This document shows positions 39,883 through 47,748 of a DNA stretch of 64,000 nucleotides, piece by piece. Every line of letters starts with the position of its first letter. The stretch's first letter is position 1. The position numbers and the translations under genes are program-made. The notes beneath the pieces were generated by a model. The model had not been told where the DNA came from. It worked only from the letters and a program-made list of their open reading frames with translations, and did no database searches. Source of the stretch: Clostridia bacterium (GTDB lineage Bacteria > Bacillota > Clostridia > Oscillospirales > Acutalibacteraceae); NCBI GenBank assembly GCA_017513525.1, contig JAFXFC010000023.1:5373-69372 (forward strand), given 5' to 3'.

Positions 39883-40212
39883 TTATCCGAGCTTATCTCC
39901 GTTTTTAATTTCTTTATCGGAAGTTATAAGCACTACACCGCCGTCTGAATATGTGCCCAGCACCAAAACCTCAGACATAAAATCAGCTATTTGTCTTGGA
40001 GGGAAATTTACAACAGCCAATACCTGTTTTCCCGGTAATTCATCCACAGAATAAAGCTCTGTTATCTGTGCCGAGGATTTTTTTATCCCTATCTCCTCTC
40101 CGAAATCAATCCAAAGCTTATATGCGGGTCTTTTTGCCTTTTCAAAAATCTTTGCGTCTATGATAGTTCCCGCTCTTATATCAAGCTTCATAAAATCGTC
40201 AAATGTTGCCAT
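39883..40212 (-). CDS. csaA: tRNA-binding domain protein CsaA
   Basis: 109 aa with DIRAGTIIDAKIFEKAKRPAYKLWIDFGEEIG...VVNFPPRQIADFMSEVL. Confidence 0.85.
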   Translation of the reverse strand: MATFDDFMKLDIRAGTIIDAKIFEKAKRPAYKLWIDFGEEIGIKKSSAQITELYSVDELPGKQVLAVVNFPPRQIADFMSEVLVLGTYSDGGVVLITSDKEIKNGDKLG

Positions 40213-40371
40213 ATAAGAATTATCTCTCCCGATATCGTTTTAATATATATTACCATAATCAAGAAAAATTAACAACACTTCCCTAAAACAATCTTTACAC
40301 AAAAAAACTATAGAAAATTCAATATATTTATGATAATATATATAGTATTATAAAAGAAACGGGTTAACATT

Positions 40372-41334
40372 ATGAGTTTTAAAGAATATATAAAAAAAGC
40401 GTCCCTTGCCCCCGAAGAGGGTGACATAATTGAATACATGAGTATAAGAGATCGTCTTACAAGCAATGTGCTTGTAAACTCTCAGAGAGATATTCCCGGC
40501 ACTGCCTGCAGCTATGAAGCGGATGTGACTGAGCTTTACCGAGAATTTAAAAAGCTTAAAAGTGAGTGCGGGTATGAACTTACTTTTAATACTCTCATGC
40601 TCAAAATTCTTGTTGAAGGTTTAAAAGCAGCTCCGAGACTCAATGCTCACTTTGAATATAACCATCGTGCCACAAGCGGCAGACTTATTATAAAAAAGCA
40701 TATTGATGTTGCCATGGCAGTATGTCTTCAAAACGGTGAAACCTTTCAGATAAAGGTAAAGCAGCTTGAAGACAAGACCCTACAGGAAACCGCTTTTGAA
40801 GCAGAAGAGGTAAAAAGAAAGCTTCTGAACACAAATCTTAAAAGAGTGATGTTCAAGGTGGGCGGTCAAAGAATGCTTGGCCTTGCCGCTCGCGGTAAAA
40901 TTATTTCTACACTGTCACAGTTTCGCTCTGCCTATTTCGGTAAAGCAAAAATCGCAAAATTCAGTAAGCTTTTCAAGAAAAAATACCGTTCTGTGAATAC
41001 CTCAAATAAGCCTTACGACGGTCTTAAGGTCGATGATTTTACGGAAGGCACCGTTTGCTTTACAAACTGGGGCACACTCTATGAAAATCTTGATGTAAAC
41101 ATCACCTACATTCCTCCCCTTTATCCTCAGGTCTTCCTCTTCGGAACGGGAAGAATAAAGGATACTGAAAAAGTTTATAAAGATGGAAACGGTAATTTAC
41201 AGCTTCAAGCAAAAAAAGTGTTACCCATCACACTCGTTTTCGACCACAAAATAGGCGGTGCCGCAGACATTATGCCATTTATTAAAAAACTGGATGAAAT
41301 ATTCCAGAATTCCGAAATAATACATACATGGTAA
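40372..41334 (+). CDS. Stand-alone 2-oxoacid dehydrogenase E2-type (CAT-fold) acyltransferase catalytic domain, no lipoyl domain
   Basis: 320 aa. The C-terminal LVFDHKIGGAADIMPFIKKLDEIFQN matches the DHRxxDG catalytic motif region of E2 and CAT-fold acyltransferases. A Lys-rich insertion of about 50 aa sits mid-domain. Confidence 0.65.
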   Translation: MSFKEYIKKASLAPEEGDIIEYMSIRDRLTSNVLVNSQRDIPGTACSYEADVTELYREFKKLKSECGYELTFNTLMLKILVEGLKAAPRLNAHFEYNHRATSGRLIIKKHIDVAMAVCLQNGETFQIKVKQLEDKTLQETAFEAEEVKRKLLNTNLKRVMFKVGGQRMLGLAARGKIISTLSQFRSAYFGKAKIAKFSKLFKKKYRSVNTSNKPYDGLKVDDFTEGTVCFTNWGTLYENLDVNITYIPPLYPQVFLFGTGRIKDTEKVYKDGNGNLQLQAKKVLPITLVFDHKIGGAADIMPFIKKLDEIFQNSEIIHTW

Positions 41335-41338
41335 AAAG

Positions 41339-41374
41339 ACCTTGGGAGTAAATTTTGCTCCCAAGGCCTTTTTT
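41339..41374 (+). terminator. Rho-independent terminator
   Basis: CCTTGGGAG taaattttg CTCCCAAGG cc tttttt. Confidence 0.8.
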
Positions 41375-41471
41375 GTTATAGTTTTTTTGTCAGACAAGTC
41401 TTCAGGTATATTCTGTCGTGTAAAGTTTGACACAAATGCAATTTATTTGTTACTGAAAGTGTACTTGCCCG

Positions 41472-43934
41472 TTACAGTACACTTACATCCCAACCGCTGA
41501 AATCTCCGCTGATGCAGGTGATATCGCATTTACCGTCTGTGAATGTAACCTTAGCTAAAATATCAGGCAGACAAAGAGGAAAGTTTATATTTTTATCAAT
41601 GGGATTAAAGGTAAGCTTTTTGTTTTCGAAATCTACTGACATACCCGATACAGCGAGCAGAGTTGTCCAGCTTGACATAGGGCGTGTATAGTGATGACCG
41701 CATTCCCAATGATCCCAGAAATAACCGAATCTTAACTGATTGCTGTGTATTGAACCAACTACGGTGTCGGATACTTCAGTGGCACCCACAGAAAGTGCAA
41801 GAGCCGAGAAGGCATAGCCTATGCCTGTCCAGACAGCAGTTGTCTGACAGTTTTTGTAGGTGTGTATGGTTGTCCTTCTGTTTTCCGGAACAGTAGCATT
41901 TAAAAGACCTTGCTCATTATCAAAATTGTAGTGGAAGATCAAATCAACTACCGCACGGACTCTTTCATCGGGAATATTGCCGCTAAGGCCTGTCATTCGC
42001 AAAAACCATTCTCCGTCAAGCTGATCGGTCATAAGAGATTCATCGGTTTCGTCATTGTTTCTCCAAAGATTATAATACTCGCCGTTCCAGAGCTTTTCTT
42101 CAAGGGATTTTTTGCCCTTTTCGAGGAGAGTGCTCCATTTGTCAAAGCAAGTCCTATCCCCTATTCTGTCGGCGATGATTGTTGCAGCCTTCAAAGAAGC
42201 TAACCAAAGGACAGAAATATATACGGGTGTGCCCGAGAAATTCCATGCATCGTAGGTGTTTCTTTTTGTATTGTAATCGGGCAAACCGTCTTTATCTGTA
42301 TCAAGCTTTTCTATGGCATCCATTGCCCGTTTGACATTATCCCACAGGGAGGTAAGATACTCTCTGTCGCCTGTAAAAAGATAATCGCGAAGCACCATTA
42401 AGACAAACTGTATACTGATATCAACACGGTCAAAGCCGTTATTGGTGCTTTTCATATCAGGTCTGAAGCAGTGATGCACTCTGCCGTCATCTCGCTGGTA
42501 TCGGGCACCCATTTTCATCTGTTTTTTCTGCAAATCGGGGAAAAGACTTATAAGGGAAAATGATGCATGATAGGTTATATCCGTGGTATGAAGTCCGCAA
42601 TAGCCGAGCCCCTCCCACAAGCCAAAATTTCCGTTTTTGAGATAAACGGAGTCCTTTATCAGCTGTGAAAGATTGGATGACCATGCATCAGGATAAATTG
42701 ACGGTAAATCTGTTGAATAAAGAAGCTCCGAAAAACCGACGGCAGACTTAAAAATACGGTCATAGCCTTCCTCAAGAGCTCTGTTTGCATCAAGGGAGCT
42801 TTTGTAAAGATTTTCGTAATAATGTCCGATTCTTTCACCGTCCGCGGCAAAGTGATTGGGGAAATACCATGTAAGAATGAAACGGATATTTTTCTTTTCG
42901 CCGGGGAAAAGCTTCACCTGTGAACAAAGAGCACAGGCACCGAAATCCTCTCCTCTTCTCTTATCCTCATCGCAACCGAAAAATTTGATTTTATCCTCCC
43001 TTGAAGCAGGAAAATCAGGTTTACAGAATCTGATACGGCTGAGTATGGAATCAGCAAAGGGGTACTTTTTATATTCCTCAAACAAGGTATCAAGCTCAGT
43101 GTCGCTGAGCGTTTCGGGATTTTCGGGGATGGCTTTGGGCTTTGTGCCGATCTCACCGTTGGGCAAAAAGCCCTTTTCTCTGAAGCCGAACAGAACGGAT
43201 TCCTGTGTTACACCTAAGTCCGAATCCGAACAAGCTATATATTCCCTCATAAAACGGTAGTAATCAGCCGTGATGTATGACTTTTCTCCGTCACCGTTTA
43301 CCGAAAAACAGAGATTACCGCAAGACGGTGAGTCAGAAAGCACTTCGGGCTCTATATGAACACTGACACCGTCGTCGGTCTTGTGAAGTGAGTTCTTGTT
43401 GCCCTCTTTTTGGTTTGCAAAATTCGGCTCAAGAGTACCTAAAAGGCTTATATTCAGTTCGCTGTCTGTGGGGTTTTCTACGGTAAAATCCATATAGAAG
43501 CCCGGTGTTGACGAAATGTCACTGTTATGCGGCACAAAGGGAGAAACCGCTTTAAGGCTGAGTTTACAAGACAATGCACTGTCAACAAAATTTAAGTCAC
43601 ACATAGGAAATTTGCCGTCAAATTCGATTTTTTCAACAGGCTTATTCCAGGAAAACATACGGTATGTAAAGTCATCAGCATCGGTCTTCATGCCAAGCTT
43701 TCGGACGATAGGCTTACCTTCAGCCTTCTTTTCTCTCACATAGAAAGAAAGTGCACCCGTGCTCCCCTCTCCGTCATCAGCCTTTTCCTCGAAGCAGACC
43801 TTGGTTATTCTCGGCTGGTTTGCAATAAGCCAGCTGTGGAACTCACCATCAGGAAAAAGCTCAACACTGCCGGCACCAATCCCGCCAAGAGCAATACCGC
43901 TTGAATGTTTTTTTGTTGTGGTAATTTTTGGCAT
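41472..43934 (-). CDS. GH116-family beta-glucosidase (GBA2-type glucosylceramidase-like)
   Basis: 820 aa. N-terminal GIALGGIGAGSVELFPDGEFHSWLIANQ and C-terminal DGLPDYNTKRNTYDAWNFSGTPVYISVLWLASL are characteristic of GH116. Confidence 0.85.
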   Translation of the reverse strand: MPKITTTKKHSSGIALGGIGAGSVELFPDGEFHSWLIANQPRITKVCFEEKADDGEGSTGALSFYVREKKAEGKPIVRKLGMKTDADDFTYRMFSWNKPVEKIEFDGKFPMCDLNFVDSALSCKLSLKAVSPFVPHNSDISSTPGFYMDFTVENPTDSELNISLLGTLEPNFANQKEGNKNSLHKTDDGVSVHIEPEVLSDSPSCGNLCFSVNGDGEKSYITADYYRFMREYIACSDSDLGVTQESVLFGFREKGFLPNGEIGTKPKAIPENPETLSDTELDTLFEEYKKYPFADSILSRIRFCKPDFPASREDKIKFFGCDEDKRRGEDFGACALCSQVKLFPGEKKNIRFILTWYFPNHFAADGERIGHYYENLYKSSLDANRALEEGYDRIFKSAVGFSELLYSTDLPSIYPDAWSSNLSQLIKDSVYLKNGNFGLWEGLGYCGLHTTDITYHASFSLISLFPDLQKKQMKMGARYQRDDGRVHHCFRPDMKSTNNGFDRVDISIQFVLMVLRDYLFTGDREYLTSLWDNVKRAMDAIEKLDTDKDGLPDYNTKRNTYDAWNFSGTPVYISVLWLASLKAATIIADRIGDRTCFDKWSTLLEKGKKSLEEKLWNGEYYNLWRNNDETDESLMTDQLDGEWFLRMTGLSGNIPDERVRAVVDLIFHYNFDNEQGLLNATVPENRRTTIHTYKNCQTTAVWTGIGYAFSALALSVGATEVSDTVVGSIHSNQLRFGYFWDHWECGHHYTRPMSSWTTLLAVSGMSVDFENKKLTFNPIDKNINFPLCLPDILAKVTFTDGKCDITCISGDFSGWDVSVL

Positions 43935-43997
43935 AACAAAACCTCCCCATCAGTTATGAATTAAGTATACTGTAAATTTCACAATAATTCAAGCGAC

Positions 43998-44053
43998 AAA
44001 AAAACAGACACATCATAGTGAAAAACTCCAAAATGATGTGTCTGACTTTTTTT
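43998..44053. terminator. Bidirectional terminator downstream of micro-ORF copy 1
   Basis: aaaaaaa CAGACACATCAT ...16-nt loop... ATGATGTGTCTG ac ttttttt. Confidence 0.75.
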
Positions 44054-44086
44054 AATGATTAAATCTGTGATTTCAAGAAAAACTGA

Positions 44087-44140
44087 TTACTTGCTTGCTT
44101 CTTCGATAGCAACTGCACAAGCAACTGTCATACCAACCAT
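44087..44140 (-). CDS. Conserved 17-aa micro-ORF, copy 1 (MVGMTVACAVAIEEASK)
   Basis: ATG...TAA with AAGG upstream. An in-frame TAA lies 4 codons upstream of the ATG, so this is not the tail of a longer ORF. Its peptide is identical to copy 2 despite 4 nucleotide differences. Confidence 0.35.
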   Translation of the reverse strand: MVGMTVACAVAIEEASK

Positions 44141-44298
44141 GGGGTTGTTACCTTAAAATATTACCTGTATTCAAGTGTATTTACCCTACTTTTTATGCCA
44201 AAAAACAGCACTTTTCATCGTCTTCTGTATCTTGGTGTATTTTTGTGCTGTAAAGTTTTGTAAAGTTTCATAGGGCGGATTAGTTTGTAAAGTCCGGA
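44087..44298 (-). repeat. Copy 1 of a roughly 210-bp repeat unit (TTTACAA-repeat promoter-like block plus 17-codon micro-ORF)
   Basis: Aligns with 45377-45585 in direct orientation. The conserved blocks are CTTTACAAA...TTTACAAAACTTTACA.CACAAAAATACACCAAGATACA and the micro-ORF. The central part has diverged. Confidence 0.8.
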
Positions 44299-44314
44299 AT
44301 TGAACAATATAGAA

Positions 44315-44602
44315 TCAATCAACAATCTCATACGAAAAAGAATTGAAATTATGTTCTTTGCGAAATTCTACAGTATCATCCAAAACCTCATGCATTAAGG
44401 CAAGCTGTTCAGTAAATTCTTTGGGCATTGTGTGCTCACCTTTTATAATAAGCTTATCAGCATCACATTCACTCCACATCATATCCCAAAATGCATTCCA
44501 ATTCCTTCCGGTATCTTCATCAAAACCAAAAGCATCTCTTATTCTTCTGTGAAGATCATCCCAGTATTTGCATCCGGTTAAATCTAATTCAATGATTTTC
44601 AT
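44315..44602 (-). CDS. Barstar-family ribonuclease inhibitor (immunity protein)
   Basis: MKIIELDLTGCKYWDDLHRRIRDAFGFDEDTGRNWNAFWDMMW matches the barstar pattern (...yyG.N.dAlwD...). AAGGAGG lies 6 nt upstream of the ATG at 44602; the track uses a TTG at 44608. It lies immediately downstream of the barnase-like gene. Confidence 0.8.
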   Translation of the reverse strand: MKIIELDLTGCKYWDDLHRRIRDAFGFDEDTGRNWNAFWDMMWSECDADKLIIKGEHTMPKEFTEQLALMHEVLDDTVEFRKEHNFNSFSYEIVD

Positions 44603-44613
44603 AAACAACCTCC

Positions 44614-45180
44614 TTAAACTATTTCATAGAAAGTTTCATAATGGTCATATGTAACAAAAATCAACCCATCGTTAGACCATACAATTCTTTGTTTATTCCG
44701 TTTTCCTTTTTTGTAATTAATATCAGCTTCATACCAAATTCTGCCGACTGCATCGGGTAAATGTTTATCTTTATTCTTATATATTTCTCCACCAATCATT
44801 TTCCCCGGAACAAAGTTTGATGGCCATTTACCTGATTTCCAACCTTTTTGTTCGGCATCTGTTTTACTGATATAATTGACAGGCAATTGGTTATTATAAA
44901 AAATTGACCAATCAGTCCCTGCAACACCGTCAACAGTTGCAGTACCTGCTGTAATTGTTTCCAAGGGCAAAATCAGACAACGGTCAAAAAAGTGGATGGG
45001 CGGTTTGGGCTTTTTTATATTACCTTTTTCCCAGACTTTACCGTGATTCGATTCACAGTCAAGGCATCGTTTTTCATCGGGAATGCTTTTCCAATATTTA
45101 TAATTTTTACTCGTGCCGAGCTGAGCCGCTAATTTTTCACCATTAGCAGTTGCCTCTAAAACAGCTTTAATTAAACTCAC
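44614..45180 (-). CDS. Toxin: SPP1-gp7/Mu-F domain C-terminal fragment fused to a barnase/RNase Sa-type ribonuclease
   Basis: 188 aa with a GTG start after AAGGAG. The N-terminal part WKSIPDEKRCLDCESNHGKVW...PPIHFFDRCLILP resembles the conserved end of the Phage_Mu_F domain. The C-terminal part GGEIYKNKDKHLPDAVGRIWYEADINYKKGKRNKQRIVWSNDGLIFVTYDHYETFYEI matches microbial guanyl-RNase (barnase family) motifs. Confidence 0.75.
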   Translation of the reverse strand: MSLIKAVLEATANGEKLAAQLGTSKNYKYWKSIPDEKRCLDCESNHGKVWEKGNIKKPKPPIHFFDRCLILPLETITAGTATVDGVAGTDWSIFYNNQLPVNYISKTDAEQKGWKSGKWPSNFVPGKMIGGEIYKNKDKHLPDAVGRIWYEADINYKKGKRNKQRIVWSNDGLIFVTYDHYETFYEIV

Positions 45181-45224
45181 TTTAATCTCCTTGAAAATGA
45201 ATTTTCCTTATGCATAAGAACTTC

Positions 45225-45272
45225 AGAACATTTGTTCGCTTTAATTATATCAATTTTAATTTACATTGTCAA
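45225..45272 (-). promoter_or_regulatory. Consensus sigma-A promoter with an overlapping LexA (Cheo) box, driving the toxin-immunity pair
   Basis: On the minus strand, TTGACA (45267-45272), a 17-nt spacer, then TATAAT (45244-45249). CGAACAAATGTTCT (45225-45238) follows, spanning the predicted start site. It contains a perfect GAAC-N4-GTTC palindrome. Confidence 0.7.
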
Positions 45273-45307
45273 GCCGAATTGTGTCGAGTATACATAAAAA
45301 CTTTTCG

Positions 45308-45342
45308 AAAAAAAATCCCCTGTCCGAATAAACGAACAGGAG
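45308..45342 (-). terminator. Rho-independent terminator downstream of micro-ORF copy 2
   Basis: On the minus strand, CCTGTTCG tttatt CGGACAGG gg followed by a U-run (a run of 8 A at 45308-45315 on the plus strand). Confidence 0.7.
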
Positions 45343-45376
45343 AAATTTACTTTATTATCCGTACAGAATTATATTC

Positions 45377-45430
45377 TTACTTGCTTGCTTCTTCAATAGC
45401 AACAGCACATGCAACAGTCATACCAACCAT
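45377..45430 (-). CDS. Conserved 17-aa micro-ORF, copy 2 (MVGMTVACAVAIEEASK)
   Basis: Same peptide as copy 1. The 4 differences (ACT/ACA, GCA/GCT, GCT/GCA, ATT/ATC) are all third-position synonymous. A GAGG RBS is present. Confidence 0.4.
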   Translation of the reverse strand: MVGMTVACAVAIEEASK

Positions 45431-45585
45431 GGGGTTGTACCTCAGAGCAACACCTGTATTTTGGCATATTTACCACGCCTTTTCTGCCCCTTTACGGCAC
45501 TTTTTATACTCTATTGTATCTTGGTGTATTTTTGTGTTGTAAAGTTTTGTAAAATTTTATGGGGCAGATTATTTTGTAAAGTTTT
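45377..45585 (-). repeat. Copy 2 of the roughly 210-bp repeat unit
   Basis: See copy 1. On the minus strand there is a promoter-like TTACAA-18-TACAAT, then a leader of about 90 nt, then GAGG 9 nt upstream of the micro-ORF ATG. Confidence 0.8.
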
Positions 45586-45634
45586 TTGATAATATAGCAA
45601 AATGCTCACAAAAGAAATTCAGAGTTATATATTA

Positions 45635-46456
45635 TTAAGTTTTAAAAATGATATCATACAGTTGATTTAGTGGATGATCATATGTACTTGCAAACAACCC
45701 TCCATAGGGACTGGATTTATTTTTAGTGTGCTTTTCATACCATGTATTTAATATTTGCGAATCAATAAGCGTGAAATCATTTATAGGAGTTCGATATGCA
45801 ATTTTTAAATAATCAGAGGATGTCTCATATAACGAATGGTTTAATGATCGTTTGGAACGATAAACAGACCAATTAACCTGCCTCAACAACTTAGCATTCA
45901 TAACTTCTTGATATATCCAAGGCGATAATGTATATTCAGATGTTTCATTCATAACATTCTTTATAGATGGAAAAGACTCTTTTGTGTTTAAGAAAAATAT
46001 CACTTCAGAATTATCCATTACCGAATGTATTGCAGTGGAAAGCATAGCGTGTACATGACTCGTAGTAAAGTTTCTTTTTTTGTAATTGTAAGTTTTTGTG
46101 TCTTCCTGATAACAGTATTTTTCATCCAATTGTTTTAACAATTCATCCGCACTACCCCATACCACTTCATCTAAAAACACATCTAAATCAAACTCTTTTT
46201 TCAACCATCCAGTTAAAGCAAAAGCTAAATCAGCATCATTGTGTGAGTGTGAGATAAAAATATCACTTTCAATATTTTTAAACCATGCATTAGATAATTT
46301 TTCGCCATCAATAACTTCATCTGACAGCATAAAATCGCCTAATTCTTCTTTTGCAAGTTTTTTTAATGTATCTTTTTGCTGTTTTCCGATATTTATATAC
46401 TCATCTACACATGAAAAATCTTTCAACCTGATTTGCAAATCAAAAGCGGTAAACAT
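45635..46456 (-). CDS. thsB: TIR-domain protein, ThsB-like
   Basis: 273 aa with SDIFISHSHNDADLAFALTGWLKKEF (TIR beta-A/alpha-A), LDVFLD, EVIFFLNT and SPWIYQEV (the W..E catalytic-Glu region). Confidence 0.7.
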   Translation of the reverse strand: MFTAFDLQIRLKDFSCVDEYINIGKQQKDTLKKLAKEELGDFMLSDEVIDGEKLSNAWFKNIESDIFISHSHNDADLAFALTGWLKKEFDLDVFLDEVVWGSADELLKQLDEKYCYQEDTKTYNYKKRNFTTSHVHAMLSTAIHSVMDNSEVIFFLNTKESFPSIKNVMNETSEYTLSPWIYQEVMNAKLLRQVNWSVYRSKRSLNHSLYETSSDYLKIAYRTPINDFTLIDSQILNTWYEKHTKNKSSPYGGLFASTYDHPLNQLYDIIFKT

Positions 46457-46476
46457 ATAACAGCCCCATCCTTTAT

Positions 46477-47346
46477 TTAATATTTTAGTATTGCAACATC
46501 TGCTTTCTTTGTTTCATGAACAATAATATGTATATTTCCATGGATTTTTTGTTTGTTAATTCTTAATAAAGAAACCATAAAATACAACATATCTTCAGTT
46601 GATCTTGTAGGACGAATAATATGGTCACCAAATACTGGACAATAAAGATCTATGCACTGTCCATGAGCATCGTAGTAATCTATAAGACTCTGCAATGCAA
46701 TAAAATAGTCAAATTCTGTGCTATTTGCTTTTAAATTACTATCAAATTCAGAAACTCCCCACAGATAAAAAATTATTCCATTGGTTTCATTGAGTTCAGC
46801 AATAGTGCCAGAAGAATAACGTTTTAAGTAGCCGCTTTTTTTATTCATAAAATCAATCTCTTTATATTCAGCATTACAATCGGAAAGACACTGTTCAATC
46901 TTCTGATGTAATTCCACTCGATCTTTTTCGGAAGAAATATAATTATTTAACCATTGACCATGTATGCTTTTCTCTGAAATTAGATTGTTTTCACAACTAA
47001 GATCAAAACATCTGTTTACTGGAATTACAATGATTTTTTTATCTTTTCTTCGATTATCAAATCCAAGCTCAATTATATCTCCATATTGAATAAAAATTTC
47101 TTTATCTGTATCTCCAAAGATTGATTTTTTATTTCGTATTAAAACTATTGATGCGGAAACAATAAAAGATAAGATTACTATGCCACTAAAGATTATTATT
47201 TTTAAGGTAACTTTTTGAATTCCAAGTTCATCCCACGAAAAAAAATCAAGCAATATACTGGCCAAAGCAGAAAGGGTACCCCATACCGACACAAAACATT
47301 TAAAAAGAACTTTACCGTTAATCTTTAGACGAGTTAAAAAATTCAT
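46477..47346 (-). CDS. thsA: Two-TM N-terminus plus a Macro-like effector domain, type II ThsA-like
   Basis: 289 aa with two N-terminal TM helices. IFIQYGDIIELGF...KIIVIPVNRCFD then resembles the GDI...(I/V)VxxxN start of Macro domains. It lies 20 nt upstream of the TIR gene. The Macro assignment is from motif memory only. Confidence 0.5.
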   Translation of the reverse strand: MNFLTRLKINGKVLFKCFVSVWGTLSALASILLDFFSWDELGIQKVTLKIIIFSGIVILSFIVSASIVLIRNKKSIFGDTDKEIFIQYGDIIELGFDNRRKDKKIIVIPVNRCFDLSCENNLISEKSIHGQWLNNYISSEKDRVELHQKIEQCLSDCNAEYKEIDFMNKKSGYLKRYSSGTIAELNETNGIIFYLWGVSEFDSNLKANSTEFDYFIALQSLIDYYDAHGQCIDLYCPVFGDHIIRPTRSTEDMLYFMVSLLRINKQKIHGNIHIIVHETKKADVAILKY

Positions 47347-47748
47347 AAAAAAACCTCACAATGACAATATTTCTAATATTATATTACAAAATATGGCAAA
47401 CAACAATATGTTTTATTGCAAATATATTATACTCGCTTATATTTATAAGACTCAGTATAGCAGTTGCCTTTATCACTAAGGTCATCTACACCTGTACTTT
47501 TTTATTAACAAAAATTGGAAGTTTTTAATTAAGAAGATGAATCGTTATTGTACCCATGACAATCTTCTGTCAAAGAAATATATTTTGTAGCAAAAATATA
47601 TAATTTTTTATATGTTTTCAATGATATTAAAAAATTCAGATTTTCGGTTATATATCCTTTCTATCTATCATTATATATATGAATCATTAAAGACGTACGG
47701 AGTTACATCTTTGACTGATTAAATATATATGAAAAGGAAGTAATAACA

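Noticed and set aside
45405-45476. Cys-rich alternative-frame peptide (MPKYRCCSEVQPHGWYDCCMCCCY) overlapping micro-ORF copy 2, considered as a possible RiPP-like precursor
   Set aside because: The ATG and the frame are not preserved in copy 1. In addition, the substitutions between copies are synonymous only in the MVGMTVACAVAIEEASK frame.
45210-45542. 110-aa plus-strand ORF between the toxin and TIR genes
   Set aside because: It runs through the SOS promoter, an intrinsic terminator and the 210-bp repeat on the wrong strand. Copy 1 of the repeat has no equivalent ORF.
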